Below, piece by piece: positions 25,801-64,000 of a stretch of 64,000 bases of DNA (position 1 is the stretch's first letter; each line of letters starts with the position of its first letter). The translations under genes were made by a program, and so were the position numbers. Under the pieces are notes generated by a model. The model had not been told where the DNA came from. It did no database searches and saw only the letters and a program-made list of their open reading frames with translations. Source of the DNA: Podarcis erhardii. Lineage: Eukaryota. The stretch lies in assembly GCA_964252035.1 (NCBI GenBank), contig OZ176212.1. One strand, written 5' to 3'.

Positions 25801-28800
25801 TCCTCACAAGAAAAGGGGAAAGTTGACAGCTATGCCCTAACAATAAGCTCCAAGATGCTTTGTTGCCTCAAACAAAAAATTCAAATAGTGTCTCCTCCTC
25901 TTGAGGCGATAGAAAATATCACAGTAAACTAAATAATTGGCAGTTGGCCATCCTTTAACGTTGTTTTGAAATCTCCCATCTGAGTGGGCTGTCTCATGGT
26001 AGGCCTGGTCCTGCTTTTCCCTGTGGTGAATGAGATAATTTCGGCATCGTGGCTCATTTCCTCCTAGCGAGCTTCTCAAATGTCCCTCAGCTGAACCTAA
26101 TTTTTAAGCTGTGCCTCATTACTCTCGCAATGTCTCTGACTCCTGCCGTGTGCTTGTTTGTTTAGGTTTGTGTACAAGCAGGATGTCAGACTGAACCTAA
26201 ATCTGAACTCAAAAAACCACACAGAACCTTCACCCCCCCAACCAAATTGTAACAGAATAAGAATTATTATCTGTTGAATCTGTTGACGGCTATCAACAAC
26301 AATTGGGTTACCTGTTAGAATATGAACCTAGCTTTTTTTAAAAAAAACAACAACACGCCAAATCTTTTGTTTTTATTATTTTTAAAAATTCAAAACCATT
26401 TAAAAACTGCTTATTATTAAACCAATATTTAAGTGATGTACAACAGAACATAACACCCCCCCCCCAAAAAACCCCAGCATGTTGTGCTAACCCCACTGGC
26501 TCCAATCAGAATGAATCACGATGAGCACATAAAAACAAAATAATATCTGGAGATTTTGGGAAAGATATTTGGGGGCTGCTCAGTGAAGAGAAAGGCTGAC
26601 AGCAGGGAATATCCACTGAGGTGGGAGAGAAGTGAGAGACACAGGCTCCCTGATGCCTTTAGGAAGCCTGAGAGCAAGGGCCCTCTCCCTCCTGTGGTTG
26701 CCACCAACTGGTATTCAGAAGCGTACTGCCTCTGACTGGGGAGGCAGAGTGTGGACTTTGTGGCTTGTAGCCACTGAAAGCCTCTACCTCAGCGGACTTG
26801 TCTAATCCTCTTTAAAAAGCATCCAAGATGGCGGCTATCACTGCCTCGTGTGGCGGCAAATTCTGTAGTTTTACTGTGTATGTACTGTGTGAGGAAGTAC
26901 GTTCTTTTGTCTGTCCTGAATCCTCCAAAATTCAGTTTCATTGGATGTCCATGAGCTCTGGCAGAAGGATTCCCCCCCTTCTCTATCCATGTTCTCCATG
27001 CCATGTGTAATTTCATAAACGTCTAGCCTTTTACTCGCCTCTTCTCTAAACCGAAAAGCCCCAAATGCTGCAACATTCCCGCACTGGGGAGTACAGTGGT
27101 ACCTCGGGTTACATACGCTTCAGGTTACATATGCTTCAGGTTACAGACTCCGCTAACCCAGAAATATTACCTCGGGTTAAGAACTTTGCTTCAGGATGAG
27201 AACAGAAATCGTGCTCTGGTGGCACGGCGGCAGCAGGAGGCCCCATTAGCTAAAGTGGTGCTTCAGGTTAAGAACAGTTTCAGGTTAAGAACGGACCTCC
27301 GGAACGAATTAAGTACTTAACCCGAGGTACCACTGTAGTTGTTCCATCCCTTGATTATTTTGGTTGCGCTTTCCTTAACCTCTTCCAACTCAACAATATC
27401 CTTTTTGAGGTAAGGCAACCAGAACTGTACACAGCATTCCAAATAGGATTTACCCATGGATTTGTGTAACCACTTTATAATATTGGCACTTTCAGTTCCT
27501 TTCCTAATGATTCTTAGCAGCAGCAGCAGCAGCAGCAGAGGCTGGCAGCCGGTGCCACCCCTTGGAAGGCAGACACATGGGGGCTGGCTGAAGGCAACTT
27601 GACCTTGGTGGGGCAGTGCCCCATTCACTCTAATGGGCTGTAGTTCCACCGGCTGTAGTTTCCCAGTCCAAGGTAGACGACATGTTCCAGTCAGGGTTGT
27701 ACTCCCTCTAAAACTCTTATTATCACGTCATTCACTTTCCGAAGCAAGTTGGGTCCATCAGTTACCCTGGTTCTCTTACAGATGACAGAATCACTGGTGG
27801 CCTGAACAAAAGTCCCAGAGTTGTGTTCCCTGTCTGCTAGGCTACCGTATTTTTTTAAAAATAGCCATGAGTCTTGACTGTGTACTTGCAGTCTCAAATG
27901 TGGGGCTGAAATTCCACATATGCGAATGTCGAAAGGCTACTTTGTCACTGGTCCTGATTACGGGAAGGGTTACAAATGGACCAGAAAGAAACTTCTTTGG
28001 CATGCTGTTCCCATAGTTTTAAGAGCCTTTTTGCAAGTGCCAGTGAAATCAGCCAGTGGAACTTTCCACAATATGGAGATAATAAACATTATCACCTGCT
28101 AATTCCTGCAAAACTAATTGTGAGCATGACAGCAGTTGGTAGGGTGTTAATGGGAAGTAACACTCATTTGAAGAGATCTTGAGACTTTGGCTTAAATATA
28201 TTCTGTATGGAAGGGCATGAGGGTTAAAAAGAGGGATATTTAGAGCTTTGTATCTTAAGCAAAATGAACATTTCCTTCCTTTCCAAACTTGAATGAGAAA
28301 AGTTGTGATGCTGGCAATGGCCACCAGGTGGAGAAATATATACTTGGCTTGAAAAGCTGCCTTATACAAGAAATGCTGTCTACCTGTTTATGTCCATACA
28401 TGTTGTTGTTGTTTTTTTTAAAAAATATTTATTTTAATGTTTAGACTGCAACACTCGAAGGTGCCATGTGAGTAGCAATACATCCAAAGGTAACACGCCT
28501 AATTATAGCTGACCCAGAAAGGAAAAAACCTCCAAAATCCATAGCTGGGTTTTGGAAAAAACACCCACCCCAAAGATCCACTTTTATTAGGGCCAACCAA
28601 ATTAAAAAATAATGGCAAGCTTTTACATTCTCCAGAGCTCTGCAACAGGCAAAGTGTTTCACAAAACAGGAAGCAAAGGGACAATGGGAAAGTACAAGGA
28701 AAAGTACAAGAATTAGATTGCATGTTGTAGCTCTAACATCAGCTTGTAAACTCAGTTCCCAAATTATATTGCACCGAGGTACAAATTTTAATGGTCCTGT

Positions 28801-29129
28801 AAGCTAACAAAATTAAAATAAAATGCACAGAATATTGAATAATAAATATATAAAAAGATACTATTATTAAACAGCTTACATTTAATAACATGACTTATGC
28901 AGTCCGTCATGAGGATGGTTTATTTGTGCAGGTAACCTAGCTATGTAGCAGTCAGTGTGCTTACCCTGATGATCTGCAAAGTGAGCCTCAGTTGCCTTGC
29001 TTGCTTTGTATAAGCTAAATTGCAATAGTGCTACATCCATTCTGCAGTCACGTTACTTCACATAGCCCTCTAAATTCAAGAACTAACTTGTGGGGGAGGG
29101 ACAGGAAACCTATTTTCTGGGATTGGTAG

Positions 29130-29166
<37 letters not shown>

Positions 29167-32100
29167 TTTCGTAGATTTTCACGGGTACAGGAATGCAGGT
29201 TTTGGTGTCCTCGGGTGTCTTCCCGTGTAAAAGTTGGGGTGTCTAGGCGACGTTTCGACGAGGTCTCACTCGTCATCTTCAGGCTGGTGCTTTCGGCTTC
29301 TTGTTACTGGAACAGAGCAGGATCTCAGTGTTTGAGTTCCTATAAATACTGTAGAGGGGGTGTGGTGTATAGCCTCCAATGTTCTGGGCAGAGAGGAAGT
29401 TCCCAGGCTAGTGTGCCTTTTCTTCTTTTGTTCCTTAATTACTTGAGAGATATCTTGAGTGATTTCTTGAGTGATATCCTGAGTACCACTTAGGTGGGTC
29501 ATTAGGTGTGGATTAGTTGTTAAAGTCTTTGTGTCTTGACCTCTTGAACTTTGTGAAGAGTTTTCCTGAGAAGATGGCTGTACTGTACTTAGTTGTGCTC
29601 TGGCTTGGCTTCGTGTATAGGGGCGAGCTGTGGTTTTGTGGCTTGTGTCAGCCAGATCTGTGTAGCCAGATCTGTATATGCATGCTTTTAATTGCAGGGG
29701 AAATGTGATATCCTTGAAATAGAAGTGTGAGCTTAAAGAAAGATGTCTGGATCTTTCTCAAACCCATTAATCCTCAGCAACACATTAGTAACAACTGTGT
29801 GCATTAAAAAATTTTTTTTTGACAATTTGCACCATGAGTAGATGGATAGATACATTGATTTAATAATAGACAGAGATAAAATTAGGCATAAAAGCTTGAT
29901 ACTTCCCATTTTAGAAATTGTACACTGGATGGAGAGAGAGAGAGAGAGAGAATATGTGTGGGAATAGAGAGAAGAAAAGTGAATGGAAGTTAGGAAAACA
30001 GCAGAAAGAAAGAAGCCCTACCTGGCAATCCTACACAGTAGGCAGAGAATAAGGTATCTGGTTAGCCACTGTGAGGACAGGATGCTGGACTAAATGGGCC
30101 ACTGGCCTGATCCAGCAAGCTCTTTTTAAGTTCTTATGAGTAAGGGGCTCAGACTTCAGTGAGCTAACTAGATTCCTATTGTAGCTCAGCCCAATTCCAG
30201 TCTCTCTCTTTGTATGCTTGGCTTTTGCTTCAGTTTTCTTTCTATAAAAAGTGTTGAAAGTGACTGCGAGGGAAGGGATTCTGGTTATACATCCTCAGTT
30301 TTAAGACTGCAGAGCCTAGAAATCTAAATATATGCAAGTGTCTTTATGAGGGTAGAGCGTGTTAGGTAAATGGAAAACTATTTGGACACAGGACAGGTCT
30401 GAGAAGGTTAAGAGTCCTGGCGTCTTAAAGTATGTGTCAAAAGCCAACAGATAGTTCAGGATATATAAATTCCACAACTCTGTGGCTCTACAGTTCCTTC
30501 TCACAAAGTGGTGCTTTATACTTCGGGCTGCTTGTATTCTGTGATCCTCTCCAAACACAGAATGAGATCAGAAAAATCTGGCACCCTGAGCCTTTAGTGA
30601 AAAACGCTTTAGGGAAAAGTACAAAGGGGTGAGAGAAAATGAACAGATAATAAAGTGTTCATGGGAAGCTGTCTTATACCAAGTCAGACCATGGTTCATC
30701 TAGTTCAACACTGTCTGCACTAACTGGTAGCAAGTCTCCAGGATTTCAGACTGCTTTCTCTTCTAGCATAGATTGAACCTGGGACCGTCTTCCTGCAAAG
30801 CAGCTGCTCTACCACTGAGCTTATGGCCCTTCCAACCTACTCGTCTTTGGGGGCAGGGGAGAGTATATTATTTTCTCCTGTGTCCTGTTTGAGGCACACA
30901 GCTGGTACAGCTGGGGGTTTTCTGCTCCAAGTGGCTGAGCACTACAGTCAGATCCCCAGAATACTCCAGGACCCCCTGCAACATTGCAGCTGATGCCAGG
31001 ATATATCATTTCGCTGATGGGCCTAACAAAAATTGTTGCTTTAACTATGTTTGGCTTGCTTGTGCCCAGCAGCCTGGATTTATATAAGATTGGAGCTCAA
31101 GTTGCAAATGGGCAGAACGCAAATACAGTGGTACCTCGGGTTACATATGCTCCAGGTTACAGAAACTTTAGGTTACAGACTCTGCTAACCCAGAAATAGT
31201 ACCTCAGGTTAAGAACTTTGCTTCAGGATGAGAACAGAAATTGTGCTCCGGTGGCACAGTGGCAGCGGGAGGCCCCATTAGCTAAAGTGGTACCTCAGGT
31301 TAAGAACAGTTTCAGCTTAAGAACGGATCTCCAGAACAAATTAAGTTCTTAACCTGAGATACCACTGTACAATCTTTCCACAGTGTGTAGAGATGGAGCA
31401 CAGCTCTAGGGCCGGTCCAAGACATTTTTCTCCCTGAGGTAGAATAGCAAATGCTGCCTTCCCTTGTCCCTCCCTCAGCAAGTCAAGAGCTTTGAGTTTT
31501 GTCAGTGGCTGGAAGGTGGAGCGGAACTGGCCCAAGACATTTTGCTGCCTCAGAAGGAGCGGCAGATGGCACATAACACACCTGCCCTGCCAAAGTGAAG
31601 GCACATAGTAGTACCCAAGGCTTGCTTTGGCACATGAGGCAGAAAATCTCTCTCACACGCCTCTCCCAGGAAATGAAAAAGAAATCACAATAATCTAAAT
31701 CACTGTTGTTATTTTAAATCACCATTATTTATTAATTTATACAATCCTTAATGAAAGATAAAAGTCTCCCAAGCAGCTTGCCAAATATAAAAACTAATCA
31801 CACAATTCTGTTGCCCTTTCATGATACCCCAAATCATGACTGCCTCACACTTCCTAATGGTAGAGCCGGCCCAGCATTGCTCACTGCTTAACGTGCTGGA
31901 CGTCCCAGGTTAAACCCCTGTCATCTCCAGTTAAAAGGATCAGCTAGGAGCTGATGGGAAAGACCTCTTTCTGCAGAGCTCCTGCCTGTCAGACAACAGA
32001 GGACTAGATGGATAAATAGCCTGACCTAGTATATGGCACCTACCGACGTTCCTAATATAGCAGCTTGTAAGGAATATGAGGAAGGGGAGGTGAAAAGTCA

Positions 32101-32220
32101 GGTAGAGGGACTGAAAGCAGAAAAGGGGTGAAGTGACTGTGGGGACTCACCTCCCACTTGTCCAGAGCCTTGTGAGAACCAGAGAACCGCCAGCAGTGCC
32201 AGGAAAAGGAGCGAGGACAT
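21580..32220 (-). CDS. Beta-2-glycoprotein 1 (APOH)-like secreted protein, 8 coding exons, 347 aa: complement(join(21580..21644,22242..22439,22607..22786,23226..23302,24080..24191,24400..24585,25434..25589,32151..32220))
   Basis: All seven introns are GT..AG with compatible phases (1,1,1,2,1,1,1). Exon lengths 70+156+186+112+77+180+198+65=1044 nt give one open frame ending in TGA. The translation gives signal peptide, 8-Cys module, 3 CCP domains and a beta2GPI domain V ending in Cys. Symbol left blank because this looks like a paralog, not the APOH ortholog. Confidence 0.9.
22242..22439 (-). CDS. APOH-like exon 7, beta2GPI domain V (ARCPITAKRSRMIYQGRKLW...FFCRSENKTCSFTADSQCFDGVLKMPDCYD)
   Basis: Acceptor TTCTTACCCTTACCAG, donor ATG|GTGAGA, 198 nt. 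Aligns by eye with human beta2GPI domain V (YQG, HGD/HGE, FFC, CS..D.QC.DG motifs). Confidence 0.92.
22607..22786 (-). CDS. APOH-like exon 6, CCP domain (PVTCSRPPNIAEATL...VCLENGNWSQLPYCR)
   Basis: Acceptor TTTTTCTCTCCCTAG, donor GAG|GTACTT, 180 nt, phase 1-1. Confidence 0.92.
22829..22862. repeat. (GT)n microsatellite
   Basis: Direct reading. Confidence 0.9.
23226..23302 (-). CDS. APOH-like exon 5, second half of the split CCP domain (GYRLEGPSSLLCQENEEWSHAAPTCH)
   Basis: Acceptor TTCTTCCTACCTCACAG, donor ACC|GTAAGT, 77 nt, phase 2-1. Confidence 0.9.
23534..23893 (-). mobile_element. Sauria SINE (APOH-like intron 4)
   Basis: Near full-length body with (AAAGGT)n tail. Confidence 0.85.
24080..24191 (-). 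CDS. APOH-like exon 4, first half of a split CCP domain (DARNPPSHCKSPPEIENGSHEGGPYNTGREVHYWCDYG)
   Basis: Acceptor CCTCTTCTTTATCAG, donor TGG|GTAAGT, 112 nt, phase 1-2. Confidence 0.9.
24400..24585 (-). CDS. APOH-like exon 3, CCP/sushi domain (GLRCAWPVTIDNAETQ...SRCQGDAKWSFTLPCE)
   Basis: Acceptor CTGTATTCTTCCAAG, donor AAG|GTAATC, 186 nt, phase 1-1, four Cys plus the conserved Trp. Confidence 0.9.
25434..25589 (-). CDS. APOH-like exon 2, WAP/four-disulfide-core-like module (VRNLTDPKCPLRKKNFTMLTGQTCQKNCERRRCSKSRKCECDGECGMSCIST)
   Basis: Acceptor TCTTTTCTTCTATTTGCAG, donor CAG|GTAGAA, 156 nt, phase 1-1, 8 Cys spaced C-x14-C-x3-C-x4-C-x5-C-x-C-x3-C-x3-C. Not present in the supplied ORF track. 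Confidence 0.85.
26650..27515 (-). mobile_element. CR1 LINE 3' fragment, interrupted by a MITE
   Basis: Reverse translation LHKSMGKSYLECCVQFWLPYLKKDIVELEEVKESATKIIKG resembles the CR1 ORF2 C-terminus. Confidence 0.75.
27094..27335. mobile_element. MITE family A (reverse), inserted into a CR1 fragment
   Basis: TIRs and TA flanks; CR1 sequence on both sides. Confidence 0.85.
29133..29164. repeat. (TA)n microsatellite
   Basis: Direct reading; adjoins the Penelope-like remnant. Confidence 0.9.
29165..29690 (-). mobile_element. Penelope-like retroelement 3' end/pseudo-LTR remnant
   Basis: Minus strand reads ...GTATTTATAG...CCTGAAGATGACGAGTGAGACCTCGTCGAAACGTCG..., the hallmark of PLE termini, followed by a (TA)n tract. 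Boundaries approximate. Confidence 0.65.
29242..29290 (-). ncRNA. Minimal type I hammerhead ribozyme motif
   Basis: GCACCAGC-CUGAAGA-U-GACGAG-UGAGAC-CUCGUC-GAAA-CGUC/GCCUAGA: intact catalytic core, perfect 6-bp stem II, palindromic ACGU stem III, weak stem I. Confidence 0.6.
30661..30832 (-). mobile_element. Squam3-like (MIR/Ther1-related) SINE
   Basis: tRNA-like head AAGGGCCATAAGCTCAGTGGTAGAGCAGCTGC and CORE-like body on the reverse strand. Confidence 0.6.
31126..31367. mobile_element. MITE family A (reverse)
   Basis: TIRs and TA flanks. Confidence 0.85.
31850..32055 (+). mobile_element. Squam3-like SINE, degenerate
   Basis: GTCCCAGGTTAAACCCCTGTCATCTCCAG...CTAGATGGA...ATATGGCA body. Confidence 0.5.
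32151..32220 (-). CDS. APOH-like exon 1, signal peptide MSSLLFLALLAVLWFSQGSGQVG
   Basis: ATG at 32220, hydrophobic core, donor GAG|GTGAGT, phase 1. Confidence 0.85.
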
Positions 32221-32492
32221 GATGCGAGGAGGATGCAACCCGCGTCTCTTGATTACACCTAAGTTTTGGGGAGACAGGTTCTTTCCTGCGTTCTCTGGGA
32301 GAGAGGCAACGGTTAGCTGGTCTGAGGAAAGTTTTTGGGAGTGGGTATTAGCGCCTCCTAGATAATGCAGTTTGAGACAAGGGGGCAGAGACACAAGATT
32401 CCTGGGTGCTCTGAGAAAGGAACCAAAATTAATGGGTGCCAGGGTGGCAGCCGAAGCTCCTGGATTTTGTCTTGCAGGCTGATGGGACGGCC

Positions 32493-32572
32493 TTATAAGT
32501 AACTGGGATTTGAGCACCCCTCTGAAATATATGTCCATTTCTCCCACTGTGTGTCCAAAGTTATTCATTAAC
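32493..32572 (-). promoter_or_regulatory. Candidate APOH-like proximal promoter: TATA-like TTATAA (32493-32498), HNF4-like TGTCCAAAGTTAT (32552-32564), HNF1-like GTTATTCATTAAC (32560-32572)
   Basis: HNF1 motif has 1 mismatch to GTTAATNATTAAC. No upstream ATG seen on the minus strand between about 32465 and 32221. Confidence 0.5.
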
Positions 32573-33129
32573 AAGGCCTGGATGGGACCCTGCCAAAGGG
32601 CAACCTGCCTTCCACATTTGTCACAGGGAACTCTGAACTCCAAAGCAAGACAACAGACAGCTGGGGGGGGGGTCAGCATACAGAGAGGAACCCAGGAGTC
32701 CTAAACCTCCACAAATCCCACACCTGCCTAAGCCCTACTCTTCTCCAAAAAGGATCACCCTAACTCTCTCCACTCTGGATTTCTCTGCTCCCCCAGAGAA
32801 TCCAGAAAAGCTGGCTCCCTGTTGTGAGTCTTCTTTAATAGCACCGCTTTATTCTTCCACAATCCCATTTAGGAGGCGATCCTTTTAGTATCTCAGCTTC
32901 TCACCTCTGCTGCTTTCACCAATTTCTTTAGATTTTCCTTACTCTTGCTTAGAAATTCTGGTTTCTTCAGGGAGTGAGAAAGAAATCCGATGGGTGTGTG
33001 CATGTGCCTGGTGTGTGGGCGAGAGAGGGGTGGATACCAAGGCACCTGGTGGGTTTTCTTAGTGGGCAGCACAATGTAGAAAAAGGGTTAGAGGGGAGAG
33101 ATCCCTGGCTGCTTCTGTGGGGGGAGAGA

Positions 33130-62153
<29,024 letters not shown>

Positions 62154-63453
62154 GTAAGACGAGAATGGTGGTGACTGGGGGAAGTGGGGAAGAATAGGAA
62201 TAGGTCAACCTGCTCTCACCTGAAGCAGACTCTTTGTTGACATCTTCATTGGAACTTAGGTGGGAGACAACAATACACAATGCTCCAGTTGTGGATTGCC
62301 TTCAAACCAATGTTTGGCTCCATCTCTTCTCTCTTCTCAATGGCAAACTCCAGTAGCTCTTTTTGCCCAGTCCTGTGATGAACTAGGATGAGAACCCTTC
62401 CTTTCCTCTTATGCTGCTTTCAGTTCTCTCAGTTGTCTCATATTTAAGGGAGCAAACAAGATGTGATGGGGTAGCTAGATCAGAGGCTCTGCTCTTTGGC
62501 CAGGGAAAATCCTGCTCATCCCTTCTATAGCGACTGAGATTTCAACAGCCATTGTGCAAAGCTTATTGCTTTAGCAGACGAGGACTGGAATTGTTGTTAT
62601 TAAATAAAATTAAAACAAAAGCTGAGATGTTCAGGATGTTTGATTCTGCCTTTAAGGGACCAACGACACATGTAAGGCAGCCCCATTGCCCAAGTGATTT
62701 TGAGAGGTTGGGGAGGAGGTACAACTGCATAACGTCATTTCTTCAGCTGAAAAAGTCTCCCACAGTGACTGACAAATCCCACCCTTTACACTTGCATTAT
62801 AAGAGACACAACACAAAAGGAAAAGGGAGTTGGGAGGGAGTAGGGAAAAAGCAAGCCCAGGCACTAATTCTTAGTTACAGGGATCTTGTAGTGAACAGCA
62901 GGAATGGAAAAAATTGGCTGGGAGCCAGAAGTTCCTGGTCTTTCAGCAGAGCTTGATGGAGGGATGCAGTTTGGGCCACCAGTACTACTCGTTTTTTGGC
63001 GGGTACCAGCCATCAGGGATATCTAAATCTACATAATCTACATAATCTAAAAGCAAGCCCTCATTTTTTTAAGCAGAAACTGTCATGCCACAAATTAAAA
63101 AGCTTCTTTTTAAAAATTTTTAATCTTAGCAGATGCAGACGCAAACTCCAGGCATTCTGCTCTGCATACATCTGAAATGGTGTCAGGTGAATTGAGAATG
63201 ATAGACAGGAAAGTAAGCTGTCGTAGACTTCCAGGGGTCTGGAGCCATGATTCAGAGTTCCATGTAGCCTTTTCTGGCTCCCCGTCGCAGGCGGGGAAGG
63301 AATAAATTATGCAAATGCATGCACACTTGCTCAATCTGCATAATTCATGCACCGTTTGCTTGATTCATACAGATCACAGGATTCAGCTTAGTTTGCTTCT
63401 CGGACTGAAAACTGCCTTGGTGCCAAATCTTTGAATGTGCGTTCTTGTGCACA

Positions 63454-63655
63454 GGGAAGGGCAGTAGCTCAGTGGTAAAGCACCTGTTTTGCCTGGAGAA
63501 GTTATCAGGATCAGTCCCCTGGCACAGCCAGTTAGGGTTGGGGGGAATAACCCTCTGTCCGCTAGAGAGCTGTCAGCTGCCAGTCAGTGGAGGAAATACT
63601 AAGCCACATGGACCAATGGTCTGACTCAGTCAAAGGCAGCTCCCTGTGTCCCTCA
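63454..63655 (+). mobile_element. Squam3-like SINE
   Basis: GGGAAGGGCAGTAGCTCAGTGGTAAAGCACCTG head to GGACCAATGGTCTGACTCAG tail. Confidence 0.65.
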
Positions 63656-63691
63656 GTATGCACAGCTCAACACAACCATGTATCTAACTAT

Positions 63692-63722
<31 letters not shown>

Positions 63723-63777
63723 TTTCTCTTCCTTTCTTTATATCTACCTCAAAATAACAATAATGGCTATTGTTATA

Positions 63778-64000
63778 CAGTGGTACCTCGGGTTACATAT
63801 GCTTCAGGTTACATACGCTTCAGGTTACAGACTCCGCTAACCCAGAAATAGGACCTCAGGTTAAGAACTTTGCTTCAGGATGAGAAAAGAAATCGTGCTC
63901 TGGCGGTGCGGTGGCAGCAGGAGGCCCCATTAGCTAAAGTGGTGCTTCAGGTTGAGAACAGTTTCAGGTTAAGAGAGGACCTCTGGAACGAATTAAGTAG
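63778..64000. mobile_element. MITE family A (reverse), truncated by window end
   Basis: Left TIR after TA; same body. Confidence 0.85.

Noticed and set aside
62154-64000. PRKCG exon 6 (GEARNLIPMDPNG...)
   Set aside because: Not found in the remaining sequence; presumably lies beyond the window.

Overview
Vertebrate genomic DNA, most likely a lacertid lizard (Sauria SINEs, Squam3-like SINEs, BovB, CR1 and L2 fragments, abundant TA-target MITEs); one 391-nt N gap. Two spliced genes sit head-to-head with 1,510 bp between their start codons. (1) Minus strand, 21580-32220: a complete 8-exon, 347-aa secreted beta-2-glycoprotein-I (APOH)-like gene with an unusual architecture: signal peptide, cationic 8-Cys WAP-like module, three CCP/sushi domains, beta2GPI domain V lacking the Lys-rich lipid-binding loop. 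(2) Plus strand from 33731: exons 1-5 of protein kinase C gamma (PRKCG), continuing beyond the window. The pair mirrors the mammalian APOH-PRKCA arrangement, which suggests a retained genome-duplication paralog. Other notable items: a Penelope-like remnant with a minimal hammerhead ribozyme motif in sense orientation in intron 1 of the APOH-like gene, an HNF1/HNF4/TATA-like promoter, a CTCF motif inside the PKC pseudosubstrate codons, an RFX X-box cluster in PRKCG intron 2, and several nested or composite hAT MITEs. Nearly all entries in the supplied ORF track are spurious. All family assignments come from recalled sequence knowledge; no database search was run.
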